From Candidatus Kaiserbacteria bacterium (lineage in GTDB: Bacteria > Patescibacteriota > Minisyncoccia > Phycocordibacterales > JABAAK01): 64,000 bases of DNA. The first letter of the stretch is position 1. Each line of letters opens with the position of its first letter. The notes below the pieces were generated by a model, which worked only from the letters and a program-made list of their open reading frames with translations, had not been told where the DNA came from and did not search any database. Below are positions 30,236 through 40,229 of the stretch, piece by piece. The DNA is taken from assembly GCA_026713605.1 (NCBI GenBank), contig JAPOOC010000007.1, positions 59,418-123,417 on the forward strand. Reading direction: 5' to 3'. The position numbers and the translations under genes were made by a program.

Positions 30236-30778
30236 ATGGACTTCTTATTTCTGGGATTAGGAAACCCGCCAGAGTATCACGGCACACGGCATAACATCGG
30301 CAAAGATTTAGTTGAGGGATTAGCGTGTAAAGACGGTTGCAAATGGCACTATGTAGCAAAAGGGAGGGTTGCTTCTCTGCTACTCGGCCCACACCACATT
30401 ACCTGCATGGTAAGTGATGGCTTTATGAACGAAACAGGACAGGATATGCGTGAAGCATTATTGGAGATTGAGCCAAAACGACTGGTGGTGGTACACGACG
30501 AAATTGCACTACCGGTTGGATCAATTCGCCTAGCGTATAACAAAAGCCCAGGCGGACATAATGGCGTTGCGTCAGTCGCAGAGGTACTACACACCAACGC
30601 ATTCTTTCGTTTGCGAATAGGGGTTGGAAAAGACGGCAAGGATCTCAAAAAGTATGTGTTAGAAAAAATACCGCCACATGCCATGGATACCATTGTCAGC
30701 ACCGTACACAAAACACTGCCAGGCATACTGCTCAACCAACTACCGGCGCACGAAGCATTGCGCAAGGAAGTGTCCTAA
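30236..30778 (+). CDS. pth: Peptidyl-tRNA hydrolase
   Basis: FLFLGLGNPPEYHGTRHNIG N-terminal signature with catalytic His; 180 aa. Confidence 0.9.
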   Translation: MDFLFLGLGNPPEYHGTRHNIGKDLVEGLACKDGCKWHYVAKGRVASLLLGPHHITCMVSDGFMNETGQDMREALLEIEPKRLVVVHDEIALPVGSIRLAYNKSPGGHNGVASVAEVLHTNAFFRLRIGVGKDGKDLKKYVLEKIPPHAMDTIVSTVHKTLPGILLNQLPAHEALRKEVS

Positions 30779-30792
30779 CAGGCAAGATGGCA

Positions 30793-31929
30793 CTACGCCG
30801 ACCCTCCCACCGTCTGAGCACCTGATCCTGCGCCTGAACGATATCGATCTTCTGGAACTAAGGTAAGTTTCTGCTCACGCGGCTCAAGGTTAGTGATAAC
30901 AAATTCGTATGTCTTACCGATTTCCAATGAATTTCGGAGGTCATTCTCGTCAGCAAAATTTGAAATATGCACCAAACCCGAAACGCCGGCCTTGATGGAC
31001 GCAAACGCGCCGAACGCGCCATACTTAATCACCACACCAGAAACCGTATCGCCGACCTTGTGCCGCTCATGGATCTCTTCCCACGGATTCTTGTGCAACT
31101 CCTTAAAAGAAAACGAATACTTATCGCCCTCAACATCAATAATTTTCACTTGCACCTGATTGCCGACCGTGCAGAACTTTCTCGGATCATCGACCAGCCC
31201 CCAATCCATCTCAGAGATATGCACCAATCCCTCAACAGCATTATCAATCGTAACAAAAACACCAAAATCAACCACGCCAGTAACAATACCATTCTTAACA
31301 TCCCCTACCTTGTAGTCCTCTTTTTGCTTACGAGACACCCCTTCAGATTTTTTGTGGGCCACACCATCTTTGTGTTCTGAAAAAATAATAGTGTCATTGT
31401 CGGGGTCAACACTCTCTATAGTAACCATCATCTTGGTGTCCACAAATTTTTTAAGTTCATTTAAAATACTATCTTTGTCACGGCTCAGCACCTTCGGATA
31501 TTTTTCCTCGGTAAGTTGTGATGCAGGCAAAAAGCCACGGACACCATTCCACTCTATCACCAGTCCACCGCGGTTCGCACTTTTGACCGTCACCTCATAG
31601 ACCTGCCCACTCTGCAACGATGCCTCTGCTTCACCCCAAATAAACGCTTTCCGCGCCTCTTTAAGCGAGAGGTCAATATAGCCATCCGGCGTTTCTAGTG
31701 CAATAATTTGTGCCGAAATGGCATCGCCGACATGGGTTTTGCGCAGAATATCCTTCGCAACAGAAAATTCTCTGCCATAGATAATGCCAGTACCGACCGG
31801 GGAAAGATCCACATACACAACCGACCGATCAACAGCAACAACAATCCCCTCCACCACATCACCGACAGCGTAGGTTTCAGGTGTTTTAACGGTTGCATTC
31901 TCTGTTTCTGTTGTAGTTGTGACAGACAT
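30793..31929 (-). CDS. rpsA: 30S ribosomal protein S1 (four S1 domains)
   Basis: Four tandem S1 OB-fold repeats (G-x-V...HISE patterns); 378 aa. Confidence 0.85.
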   Translation of the reverse strand: MSVTTTTETENATVKTPETYAVGDVVEGIVVAVDRSVVYVDLSPVGTGIIYGREFSVAKDILRKTHVGDAISAQIIALETPDGYIDLSLKEARKAFIWGEAEASLQSGQVYEVTVKSANRGGLVIEWNGVRGFLPASQLTEEKYPKVLSRDKDSILNELKKFVDTKMMVTIESVDPDNDTIIFSEHKDGVAHKKSEGVSRKQKEDYKVGDVKNGIVTGVVDFGVFVTIDNAVEGLVHISEMDWGLVDDPRKFCTVGNQVQVKIIDVEGDKYSFSFKELHKNPWEEIHERHKVGDTVSGVVIKYGAFGAFASIKAGVSGLVHISNFADENDLRNSLEIGKTYEFVITNLEPREQKLTLVPEDRYRSGAGSGAQTVGGSA

Positions 31930-32241
31930 AGTGTGTTAGGTAGGTATAATAAATTTGAGTATAGTAAACTTTGGCAATAAACGCCAGAAACAGTATACCG
32001 TATATTTTTTACGGAAACGGAAAACCGCCGACCAGCACGAAAAAGTTGTGTACTACAAGTAAAGTACTCACCAATACGGTACAATACCCAAGACAAAAAA
32101 GCAAATACATCCCAAAAAAAAGAAACACACTGCCGCCTTTGTCAACATTGCGGATACTGAAAAAATTTGGCATAGTAGTAAGTAGGAAGGTGTATAATTT
32201 CGTGTTATGCTGATGGTATAGTAGTACTATCTCTATATATT

Positions 32242-32847
32242 ATGGAAATCCATCAGACAGCAACCACCGGCGTTGCTTTAAAATTTAGCGAGGGCATTGT
32301 TGCCGTGAATCCTCCTGAAAAAAGTAAGGGTCCTTCTCCCACAATCATCCTCTCCACCTATCCGGTACCAGTTGGTGGATGGATGAGCACACACAAAACA
32401 GACAGTGGGGAACAGTGTCTGTTTCAAAATGCCGGCGAGTATGAAAAAGAGGGAATCTATATCCGAGGGTTTGGCGGTGAGACAGAAATACAAGGGGTGC
32501 AGGTGCAAACAACCGCATGGTGTATAGACGCAGAGGGAATTCGAGTGTTTATATTGGGTGACAGTATGGAGCAGAAAGACATCACGCAAGCCATGTCTGA
32601 TGCCGGTGACATTGATGTACTCATCCCTTTTTGTGTTACCACAAAGGACAAGCGAATAGATGCAGTCGGCATTGCCAGCGTTGCCGCTGCAACACAGGCG
32701 CAACGAATCGTACCAATCGGCGATAACGAGGCATTGAAAAAAAAATTGGCAAAAGAGTTGGGTGATGCAGAAGAGATAACTGGTAAATATGTACTGAAAA
32801 AGAAAGAATTGCTAGAGGCGAAAGCAAAGGTAATCCTCTTTTTGTAA
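32242..32847 (+). CDS. Hypothetical protein, possibly small MBL-fold metal-dependent hydrolase
   Basis: 201 aa; weak resemblance to UPF0173-type MBL-fold proteins; no catalytic motif confirmed. Confidence 0.4.
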   Translation: MEIHQTATTGVALKFSEGIVAVNPPEKSKGPSPTIILSTYPVPVGGWMSTHKTDSGEQCLFQNAGEYEKEGIYIRGFGGETEIQGVQVQTTAWCIDAEGIRVFILGDSMEQKDITQAMSDAGDIDVLIPFCVTTKDKRIDAVGIASVAAATQAQRIVPIGDNEALKKKLAKELGDAEEITGKYVLKKKELLEAKAKVILFL

Positions 32848-32860
32848 AACAAAATAATGT

Positions 32861-33001
32861 ATGCATCCTGAAGAATTCCTCAAGCAGCAAAAAGAGCGGA
32901 ATAAGAAAAAGAAGAAGCGGATAATAACCGCCTGTGTGGTGATCTGCATAATGTGGGTACCCATCGCACTCTTTTTATATAAACCCTCTTTTCTATTTTA
33001 A
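32861..33001 (+). CDS. Candidate 46-aa tail-anchored small membrane protein (below ORF-track cutoff)
   Basis: ATG-initiated ORF MHPEEFLKQQKERNKKKKKR + one TM (IITACVVICIMWVPIALFLY) in the intergenic gap before gyrA. Confidence 0.25.
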   Translation: MHPEEFLKQQKERNKKKKKRIITACVVICIMWVPIALFLYKPSFLF

Positions 33002-33063
33002 GAAGGAGAGATGCCGATAGCCACAATAGGCGATAGGGTAATGTGATATACTGCCAATAAGCT

Positions 33064-35514
33064 ATGGCAGAAGACACAGCAAACCAACATTCCAAGATTT
33101 TCAATAAGGATATTACCGAAGAGATGCGAAGCGCATATTTGGATTATGCGATGTCCGTCATCACGGCCCGCGCGCTACCTGATGTGCAGGATGGACTGAA
33201 GCCGGTGCAACGCCGTATCCTCTATGCAATGTTTAGTATGGGGTTACGGCACGCCGCGAAGACCCGCAAATCAGCGACGGTGGTCGGTGAGACCCTCGGT
33301 AAATATCACCCGCACGGTAACCTGGCGGTGTACGAAGCAATGGCGAAGATGACGCAGAATTTTGTTACCCGATACCCACTGGTAACCGGACAGGGGAACT
33401 TTGGCTCCATAGACGGCGACCCGCCTGCGGCAGAACGATACACCGAAGCGAAGATGTCTGCATACGCGGAAAAGATGATGGAGGATATTGAAAAAAAGAC
33501 GGTGGACTTCACGCCAAACTATGAAAACACCCTTGAGGAGCCAAAAGTGCTGCCAGCAAAAGCGCCAAATTTACTCGTAAACGGAACGCTCGGCATTGCC
33601 GTTGGTATGGCAACTGACATTCCACCACACAACCTGCGGGAAGTGTGCGACGCACTGATATGCCTGATTGAAAACCCTGACGCTTCAACAGAAGATCTGC
33701 TGCAGCACATCAAAGGACCTGATTTTCCAATGGGCGCAATCGCATACGATAAAAAAGCAATAGCACAGGCATACGCAACTGGGCGAGGTGGTGTACTGGT
33801 ACGAGGTGAGGTTGAGATTGTAGAAGGCAAAAAAGGAGTGAGCTTGCTCATCAGTTCCATCCCTTACCGAGTGAACAAAGCCCGACTGATTGAAAAGATA
33901 GGAGAATTGGTACGCAACAAAAAAATAGAAGGCATCAAAGACCTTCGCGACGAGTCAACAGACGACATACGAATTGCCATTGAGTTGAAAGCAAACGCAC
34001 AGCCACACCGGTTGCAAAATGCACTCTACAAGCACACCCAACTTGAGGAAACATATCACTACAACATCGTTGGATTACTAAACGGCATACCACAGACCCT
34101 AACCTTGCACCAGCTCCTGCAAGCATACATAGACCACCGGCGGGTGATCGTTGAGCGGGCAATCAAGTTTGACCTTACTCGCGCAAAAGATCGGGCACAC
34201 ATAGTAGAAGGGTTGAAAGAAGCACTGGATCACATAGACAAGATCATCACGCTCATCCGAAAATCACGAGAAGTGAGCGACGCGCGAAAAGCATTAATGA
34301 AAGCGTTCAAATTTTCTGAAGTACAGGCAAACGCTATTTTAGAAATGCGACTACAGAAACTTGCCGGACTAGAGCGGAAAAAGGTGGAAGACGAATTAGA
34401 AAACCTGCAGAAGACCATCAAGCGGCTTGAGGGCATTTTACAAAGTAAGAAAAAAATTGACGAAGAGGTTAAAAAAGGAATACAGGAGGTGAAAGAATTG
34501 TTTGGGGATGACCGCCGCACCAAAATCATAAGCCAGGCACACAACGCAGTAGCAGACGAAGACCTCATCCCTGAAAAGCGGTGCATCATTATGATCACCG
34601 GTGGCGGATACATCAAACGCACCACAAATGATGAGTATAAACGACAGCGACGAGGTGGCGTCGGCACGAAAGGGGCAGAGTTAAAGGAGGAGGACTTCAC
34701 CACCATCTCCATCAGCGCGAGCTCACACGACATACTCTACTTCTTCACCGACAAAGGGAAAGTGTACCAGCTGAAAGCATACGAGATACCTGAAGCAAGG
34801 CGAACCGGTGCCGGACGAGCGCTTGTCAACTTTATCGAAATAGATGCAGACGAGCGGGTAACCTCCATTGTGCCAGTGGCAGAGGACACAAAGAAAAATG
34901 CCTACCTTTTCTTTGCAACACAAGATGGGACAATTAAAAAAGTAGCGATAAGCCAGTTTGAAAATATCCGTAAGACCGGCATCATCGCCATTTCGCTTGA
35001 TCGTGGTGACCAATTAGTAAACACCATGTTCTGCGCAAACGAAGATACGATTATACTGGTAAGCAGGGACGGCAAGGCAATTCGGTTCAGTGCAAAAGAA
35101 GTGCGAGCATCTGGCAGATCCGCGAAGGGGGTTCGAGGGATACGACTTGGCAAAGAAGACGCTGTCATCGGTGCGCTGGTAATACCAGCAGATACAAAGA
35201 TGAGAAGCCGTCTGCTGACCATCAGTGAGAAAGGGTACGGCAAGCAAACAAAAGCTGATTCATTTAAAATACAAAAACGCGGTGGCAGTGGCATAAAAGC
35301 TGCCGAAGTGGCAACAAAAACCGGAAAAATTGTCGGTATCCACATACTGCTTGAAAAAACAGATGACGAGTTGATAACGATGTCCAAGAAAGGACAGATG
35401 GTACGGATGGCAACGAATGAAATCCCTGAACGCGGACGACAAACACAGGGGGTGCGGGTTATGAAACTGAAAGGAGATGATATACTGACGGCAAGCACCA
35501 TGGTGCAACAATAA
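33064..35514 (+). CDS. gyrA: DNA gyrase subunit A
   Basis: Catalytic Tyr region AMFSMGL, QRDR ([13 protein letters not shown]), C-terminal beta-pinwheel repeats with GyrA box; 816 aa. Confidence 0.95.
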   Translation: MAEDTANQHSKIFNKDITEEMRSAYLDYAMSVITARALPDVQDGLKPVQRRILYAMFSMGLRHAAKTRKSATVVGETLGKYHPHGNLAVYEAMAKMTQNFVTRYPLVTGQGNFGSIDGDPPAAERYTEAKMSAYAEKMMEDIEKKTVDFTPNYENTLEEPKVLPAKAPNLLVNGTLGIAVGMATDIPPHNLREVCDALICLIENPDASTEDLLQHIKGPDFPMGAIAYDKKAIAQAYATGRGGVLVRGEVEIVEGKKGVSLLISSIPYRVNKARLIEKIGELVRNKKIEGIKDLRDESTDDIRIAIELKANAQPHRLQNALYKHTQLEETYHYNIVGLLNGIPQTLTLHQLLQAYIDHRRVIVERAIKFDLTRAKDRAHIVEGLKEALDHIDKIITLIRKSREVSDARKALMKAFKFSEVQANAILEMRLQKLAGLERKKVEDELENLQKTIKRLEGILQSKKKIDEEVKKGIQEVKELFGDDRRTKIISQAHNAVADEDLIPEKRCIIMITGGGYIKRTTNDEYKRQRRGGVGTKGAELKEEDFTTISISASSHDILYFFTDKGKVYQLKAYEIPEARRTGAGRALVNFIEIDADERVTSIVPVAEDTKKNAYLFFATQDGTIKKVAISQFENIRKTGIIAISLDRGDQLVNTMFCANEDTIILVSRDGKAIRFSAKEVRASGRSAKGVRGIRLGKEDAVIGALVIPADTKMRSRLLTISEKGYGKQTKADSFKIQKRGGSGIKAAEVATKTGKIVGIHILLEKTDDELITMSKKGQMVRMATNEIPERGRQTQGVRVMKLKGDDILTASTMVQQ

Positions 35515-35527
35515 TCGTCAGTGTCGT

Positions 35528-36844
35528 ATGAACAAACAAAATTTTCAAATTATCATCTATGTCATATTCGGGCTGTTAATCCTTGTCGGCTTTGGTAGTT
35601 TAGCGCTCTATGGTTTCCTAAAAAAGAATGAACAGTCATCATCACAGGGAAAGGGGTCACAAGAACGAGAACGCATTGAGATTGTTGTGTGGGGAACACT
35701 GGGTAGCGACAAAGCAAATACTATTTTCAAAAACTTGCATGGCAGTGCGGACAAAGGGTATAGCACGGTGCAGTACCGAGAAAAGAACACCGACTCCTTA
35801 GAAGATGAATTTGCCCGTGCTGTTGCCTACGATGAGTGGGTGCCAGACCTACTATTGCTGGAGGCATCCGAGGTGCTTGCGCTGGAGCACACTGCCCTCA
35901 GAACCATTCCGTTCGGATATGACCCAGTAACCACCGCCGCGGAGTACCAAAACTTATTCACGCCGACAACACACCTCTTCCTACGATCAGACGGCTATAT
36001 CGCACTACCGGTGTTGGCAGACAGTGTAGTGCTGTACTACAACGAAGGTTTGCGCCGGCAACAAAATCTACGCCAACTACCGAAAGTGTGGAAGGACTTC
36101 ACCGAAAAAGAGTATCAAGAAATCGCAAGCGAATATAGAAAAAATGACAAAGCGATAGCACCATTCGGCGCATACGGCAATTACACCAACGCACCATACC
36201 TATTCACAGCACTAATGCTACAAGCGCAAGAATTCGGCACCGCAGCACCATCGACGGCAGATCTCATTTCATTCTACACAAACTTCGCCTCACTGCGATC
36301 ACCAGTGCAGACATGGAGTGAATCTTTTTTAAATGCGCGAAGCATGTTCATCGGCAATCAGCTCTTATTTTACCCAGGATTTATTAGTGAATATCAGGGG
36401 TTGCAACAGGCAAACCCAAATATCGTAATCCAGGCAGCACCACTACCACAACTATCCGCCGACAGCACCATAGTCACACCAACAAAAATCTATGCCCTCG
36501 CCATCCCAGAAAAAGGCAGGCATGTGGGACCAGCGCACCGAGTACTATTTGACGCAGCAACCGTTATACAGCAGATCGCAACAGATATTTTTAAAGCAAC
36601 CACAATGCCACCACCGTTGAACAGCTTAAACAGGGAATCAGGCGCAGAGACAGAGGAAGGGGAGGCATTCTTCAATACCATCACGGCAACGGAGCAGGTA
36701 TTTCTAGACACCCTCTTTACTGGTAGAAGTGTATCCCTCACACCAGAGACAAAAACAACCATACGAGACACACTAAAAAGTGTCATCATCGGAACCCACA
36801 CTGCAGACCAAGGTGCGCGGACAATGCAGAACCTTTTTGAGTAA
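35528..36844 (+). CDS. Hypothetical membrane-anchored extracytoplasmic protein (possible family-1 solute-binding fold)
   Basis: N-terminal TM then 410-aa soluble domain; no firm motif. Confidence 0.45.
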   Translation: MNKQNFQIIIYVIFGLLILVGFGSLALYGFLKKNEQSSSQGKGSQERERIEIVVWGTLGSDKANTIFKNLHGSADKGYSTVQYREKNTDSLEDEFARAVAYDEWVPDLLLLEASEVLALEHTALRTIPFGYDPVTTAAEYQNLFTPTTHLFLRSDGYIALPVLADSVVLYYNEGLRRQQNLRQLPKVWKDFTEKEYQEIASEYRKNDKAIAPFGAYGNYTNAPYLFTALMLQAQEFGTAAPSTADLISFYTNFASLRSPVQTWSESFLNARSMFIGNQLLFYPGFISEYQGLQQANPNIVIQAAPLPQLSADSTIVTPTKIYALAIPEKGRHVGPAHRVLFDAATVIQQIATDIFKATTMPPPLNSLNRESGAETEEGEAFFNTITATEQVFLDTLFTGRSVSLTPETKTTIRDTLKSVIIGTHTADQGARTMQNLFE

Positions 36845-36894
36845 ATAGCCACCCGCCGTCACAAACAAAAACGCCATGCTACAATCAAGGTAGT

Positions 36895-37275
36895 ATGTTG
36901 TACACAACTATACTGACAGCGTTCACCCCCACTGCACATGCGGAATGCGGAGCCGGCGTTATTTTCTGCAACCCATTGGAATACGACACTGTCGGTGAAT
37001 TGTTGCTGGCATTAACAGACGGCATCACCATTATATTGATGCCCATCATCGTCCTCGCCATCGCCTACATCGGTTTCCGCATGGTACTCGCCGGAAAAGA
37101 AAAAAATGCCGACTACAGTAAGTGGAAAGACGCATTTGGGTGGTCACTGGTCGGCTTATTCCTTGTCCTTGGCGCGCGGGGCATTCTCTTTGTAATTCAA
37201 AACACCATCAACGATGTATTAGGAGATGAGTACCAGGTGGAGGTTGTAGAAAAAGCGCTGGAAGAGCAAGAATAA
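36895..37275 (+). CDS. VirB2/TrbC-like pilin paralog 1 (signal peptide, Cys pair, two TM helices)
   Basis: Signal peptide ...TPTAHA, ectodomain with 2 Cys, TM-(K/E-rich loop)-TM with conserved Trp in TM2; 126 aa. Confidence 0.5.
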   Translation: MLYTTILTAFTPTAHAECGAGVIFCNPLEYDTVGELLLALTDGITIILMPIIVLAIAYIGFRMVLAGKEKNADYSKWKDAFGWSLVGLFLVLGARGILFVIQNTINDVLGDEYQVEVVEKALEEQE

Positions 37276-37280
37276 AGAAT

Positions 37281-37628
37281 ATGAAAAAAAGTGTATATAC
37301 AAAAATACTGGCAATACCTCTGATCTGCAGTATGGCAGCGGGCGCAAGCAAAGCATACGCCCAGCCAACATGGGAGAATCTCTCGCTCAAAGGTATCGTA
37401 GACCTCGCCATCCAAGCGCTTGGCGGAGTACTTATACCACTTGCGGTAACAATCCTCTTCTTCGTATTTATATACGGCATCGTACTCTATATGCGCGCCG
37501 TAAGCAAAGGTGACAGCAACATGGCAGACCTCGCCAAGAAGCGCCTCCTCTATGGCATCATCGTCCTCTTCGCCGTTTCATCCCTTTGGGGCTTCGTGTA
37601 CCTCCTCCGCAACTTGTTCACCGGATAA
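37281..37628 (+). CDS. VirB2/TrbC-like pilin paralog 2
   Basis: Signal peptide ...SKAYA, then TM - basic loop (SKGDSNMADLAKKR) - TM with Trp; 115 aa. Confidence 0.5.
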   Translation: MKKSVYTKILAIPLICSMAAGASKAYAQPTWENLSLKGIVDLAIQALGGVLIPLAVTILFFVFIYGIVLYMRAVSKGDSNMADLAKKRLLYGIIVLFAVSSLWGFVYLLRNLFTG

Positions 37629-37632
37629 AGAA

Positions 37633-37665
37633 AACACCTAACACGACGATGGCGTGTTAGGTGTT
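37633..37665. terminator. 13-bp perfect palindrome between convergent genes (candidate bidirectional terminator, no U-tract)
   Basis: AACACCTAACACG-ACGATGG-CGTGTTAGGTGTT. Confidence 0.4.
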
Positions 37666-37683
37666 CAAAGGTAATAAAGATTG

Positions 37684-38232
37684 TTAAAAATGTTTCCCCC
37701 ACGAGAGCTTTCTCACCTCTCGCTTCAAATACTCTCCACAGCAAAGCGTTGCTCTACAGTGGGAGTGGGGGATCACATTACGGATACGCCGCTCTTTCTG
37801 CAACTGCCTCACCAGTGCATCCAGAGAGGCAACCTGTGCTTTAGTCGGCCGATGCTTTGAGAAGTCACCAGCCAAGCATACCGCAACGGAATGCTTGTTG
37901 ACACGCCAGTTACCGGCGTGGTGACCAACATCATCCGGGTCACGAACCTTCCACACCTTGCCGTTCGGTGTGATCAGGTAATGATAGGCAATGTGCAATC
38001 CGGCACTCTTGCCCATCTTCCGAAATTTCCGTCTGTGCAGACGGCTAATTTCTGCCGTCACCTGCTTGATGTCATTGCTTGCCACACCAGCGGTGTGGTG
38101 CACCACAATAGTCGTGATGGCACGGCGCGTACCACCAAGTAATGAATCGCCTCCTCTGCGCGCACCGCCACAGCCATACAGCCAAAAAGCGGTGGCAATA
38201 CAAAACAGGAAAAAGAAAACAAATTTCCTCAT
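37684..38232 (-). CDS. N-acetylmuramoyl-L-alanine amidase (Amidase_2/PGRP domain) lipoprotein
   Basis: Start set at MRKFVFFFLFCIATAFWLYGC (lipobox LYGC); Amidase_2 motifs VVHHTAGV...HHAGNW...HSVAVCLAGDF; 182 aa. Confidence 0.8.
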   Translation of the reverse strand: MRKFVFFFLFCIATAFWLYGCGGARRGGDSLLGGTRRAITTIVVHHTAGVASNDIKQVTAEISRLHRRKFRKMGKSAGLHIAYHYLITPNGKVWKVRDPDDVGHHAGNWRVNKHSVAVCLAGDFSKHRPTKAQVASLDALVRQLQKERRIRNVIPHSHCRATLCCGEYLKREVRKLSWGKHF

Positions 38233-38299
38233 ATTGAGAACCTCCTCGAATTCAAACCCACACCATGTACTTACATAATAAAGCAAAGATAGATGGTGT

Positions 38300-38742
38300 G
38301 TCAATAAAAAAGCGCACAATGGATTAGTATGCCCATGTGTGCGCTAAAAGAAGAATACCCCGACACAGTGTCGGGGTATTATGGTTGATCCAATTATAAT
38401 TTACTCTTTACTTCCCTGCACGATGGCTGGTCGATAGAAAGTGCGAGGTCAGTGGCGTTGGCGCGCCCTTCCTGATGCACTTAGCAAGGGAGTTTTTTTC
38501 AAATATAAAAATTCAATCACGGGAATAAGTGAGCCAGAGAACCATCACTTATTGATCACCTATGATCTAGGATCTGACGGGGAGCATGATCTTCTCCATC
38601 TGAGGATCTTTCGGTGCAAAGCCATGAGCACCTATTCAATCATCAGCAGACAGGAAAACCATCTCGGCATCAAATCCTGTGGTAGGGAGCAGGGTCCTGA
38701 AACGCAGGATTACCTCACGTCTCCCGACCACTGATAGCACTA
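38300..38742 (-). ncRNA. Candidate ~440-nt non-coding transcript defined by promoter and twin terminators
   Basis: Minus-strand promoter TTGACA (38772-38777) - 17 nt - TATAGT (38749-38754); two consecutive minus-strand intrinsic terminators at 38356-38383 and 38311-38343 (the latter followed by U6AUU); no ORF >20 aa on that strand; many internal hairpins. Confidence 0.4.
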
Positions 38743-38748
38743 TAGCAC

Positions 38749-38777
38749 TTGCCGTTCTTTTTGTCAACCCTATGATA
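38749..38777 (-). promoter_or_regulatory. Near-consensus sigma-70-type promoter on the minus strand
   Basis: -35 TTGACA, 17-nt spacer, -10 TATAGT (read on minus strand). Confidence 0.5.
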
Positions 38778-38879
38778 TAACTACACTACCAGCAAGATTA
38801 TTTGTAAAATATGCGGTAGAAAAGCAAAGGATTTTTAAGAAAATCACCCGCAATTTTTTCCACATACCTGTTTCAAGAT

Positions 38880-39458
38880 GTGAAAAAGCAGGGTATACTC
38901 AAAATAAGTATGAGTAGTATACACAACCGCAAAACAATAAGCAAGGTCTTGTACGGTGCGGGCATTATCATCATAAGCATAGCATTCCTTTTCACTACCT
39001 CACAGTATGTAGCACATGCCCATACAGGCACAAACTTTGCAGCCATTGAACACTGTGCGGGATCTGACACACATGTACACCCATCAGTAAGTGATACACC
39101 CATATGTAGCGGGACTTTAACCTATGCAATAAGCAACTTTTACGAAGGGGCAAATGTGTTTGCGGCTCTCCTACAGACATTGGTAGGCATTGTGGTAACC
39201 GCCGCATTCTTTTACTTTTTCTGGAATTTGGTCAAATATATCCGAGATGAGGAAGGGAAAGACGAGGCAAAAACCAAGATGGGCTATTCATTAGGGGCAA
39301 TTTTTGTCATTGTAACGCTGTGGGGCATTATTGCCTTTGTGCGGGGAATTTTAGGAATTAATACCGAAGATGCAGTTAACACTATTGATATACCCAGAGT
39401 AAACTTCATTAAGGATGATGGCACGGTAATAGAAGAGATTACAGTAGAAGAAGAATAG
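38880..39458 (+). CDS. VirB2/TrbC-like pilin paralog 3
   Basis: Long signal/TM leader ...VAHAHT, ectodomain with 2 Cys, TM (AAFFYFFWNLVKYIR) - charged loop - TM (LGAIFVIVTLWGII); true start may be Met at 38910. Confidence 0.5.
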   Translation: MKKQGILKISMSSIHNRKTISKVLYGAGIIIISIAFLFTTSQYVAHAHTGTNFAAIEHCAGSDTHVHPSVSDTPICSGTLTYAISNFYEGANVFAALLQTLVGIVVTAAFFYFFWNLVKYIRDEEGKDEAKTKMGYSLGAIFVIVTLWGIIAFVRGILGINTEDAVNTIDIPRVNFIKDDGTVIEEITVEEE

Positions 39459-39467
39459 TTCGTAACC

Positions 39468-39821
39468 ATGCTAATATTCTCGTACGGTACGGTTTTTGCA
39501 GACACAGCGAATGAAAGCTCTGCGTTGCAAGAGGTAAATAGGGTGCTGAACCTATTTGATAGTTTTTCTGTAGTGATAGAAGTGCTGATCGTCATAGTCA
39601 CAATCCTTGTTTTCTTGTACTTTTTCTGGGGTTTAGTAGAGTATATTCGCAAAAACGATGCGACACTTGAGGAGGCAAAAAAAAAGATTGCGTGGGGAGT
39701 GTTAGGGATATTTGTATTAGTGAGTATGTGGGGACTGATTTACTCCCTCCGCATCTCAGTGCTCGGCTCAAAAGACACCCCAGATCCAAATATAGAATTC
39801 CGAAAAGTAGAGTCGCTCTAA
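39468..39821 (+). CDS. VirB2/TrbC-like pilin paralog 4
   Basis: TM (LVFLYFFWGLVEYIR) - loop (KNDATLEEAKKK) - TM (IAWGVLGIFVLVSMWGLI); closest to paralog 3. Confidence 0.5.
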   Translation: MLIFSYGTVFADTANESSALQEVNRVLNLFDSFSVVIEVLIVIVTILVFLYFFWGLVEYIRKNDATLEEAKKKIAWGVLGIFVLVSMWGLIYSLRISVLGSKDTPDPNIEFRKVESL

Positions 39822-39850
39822 CCGCATAAAACCCGGTATACTAAACCTAT

Positions 39851-40156
39851 ATGCTCACATACGCCCTCTCAGCAAAAGAAATAGCCAACAACCTCTTTGA
39901 CCACATCGTCAACCCGCTAATGGCAGGCATGCTCTTCATCGCCATCCTCTTTTTCATCATCATCGCGGTAAAACTCATAGCTGGCGCAGAATCAACGGAA
40001 AGAAAAGACCTCTTCACCAAGCTCGGCTGGAGTATTGCTGGCATTTTCATCATCACCTCCGTCTGGACCATCATCGCTTTTGTCAGCAGGGTAGCAGAGT
40101 CAGACATCAAAACATCCCTATACCACTCCGCAGAAATCGCACCACAGTTGACATAA
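39851..40156 (+). CDS. VirB2/TrbC-like pilin paralog 5
   Basis: TM (MLFIAILFFIIIAVKLIAG) - loop (AESTERKDLFTK) - TM (LGWSIAGIFIITSVWTII); 101 aa. Confidence 0.5.
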   Translation: MLTYALSAKEIANNLFDHIVNPLMAGMLFIAILFFIIIAVKLIAGAESTERKDLFTKLGWSIAGIFIITSVWTIIAFVSRVAESDIKTSLYHSAEIAPQLT

Positions 40157-40229
40157 CCACTTTTTCTTGGTACACTCTATCCCAAGTTTGACCTTTTAGA
40201 ATTGAAACCGCGGGCCACAGCGCCCGCAT

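Noticed and set aside
38441-38734. 97-aa plus-strand ORF in the pilin-cluster gap
   Set aside because: It has no RBS or family resemblance and odd composition. It lies antisense to the promoter/terminator-defined minus-strand transcript, which explains the region better.
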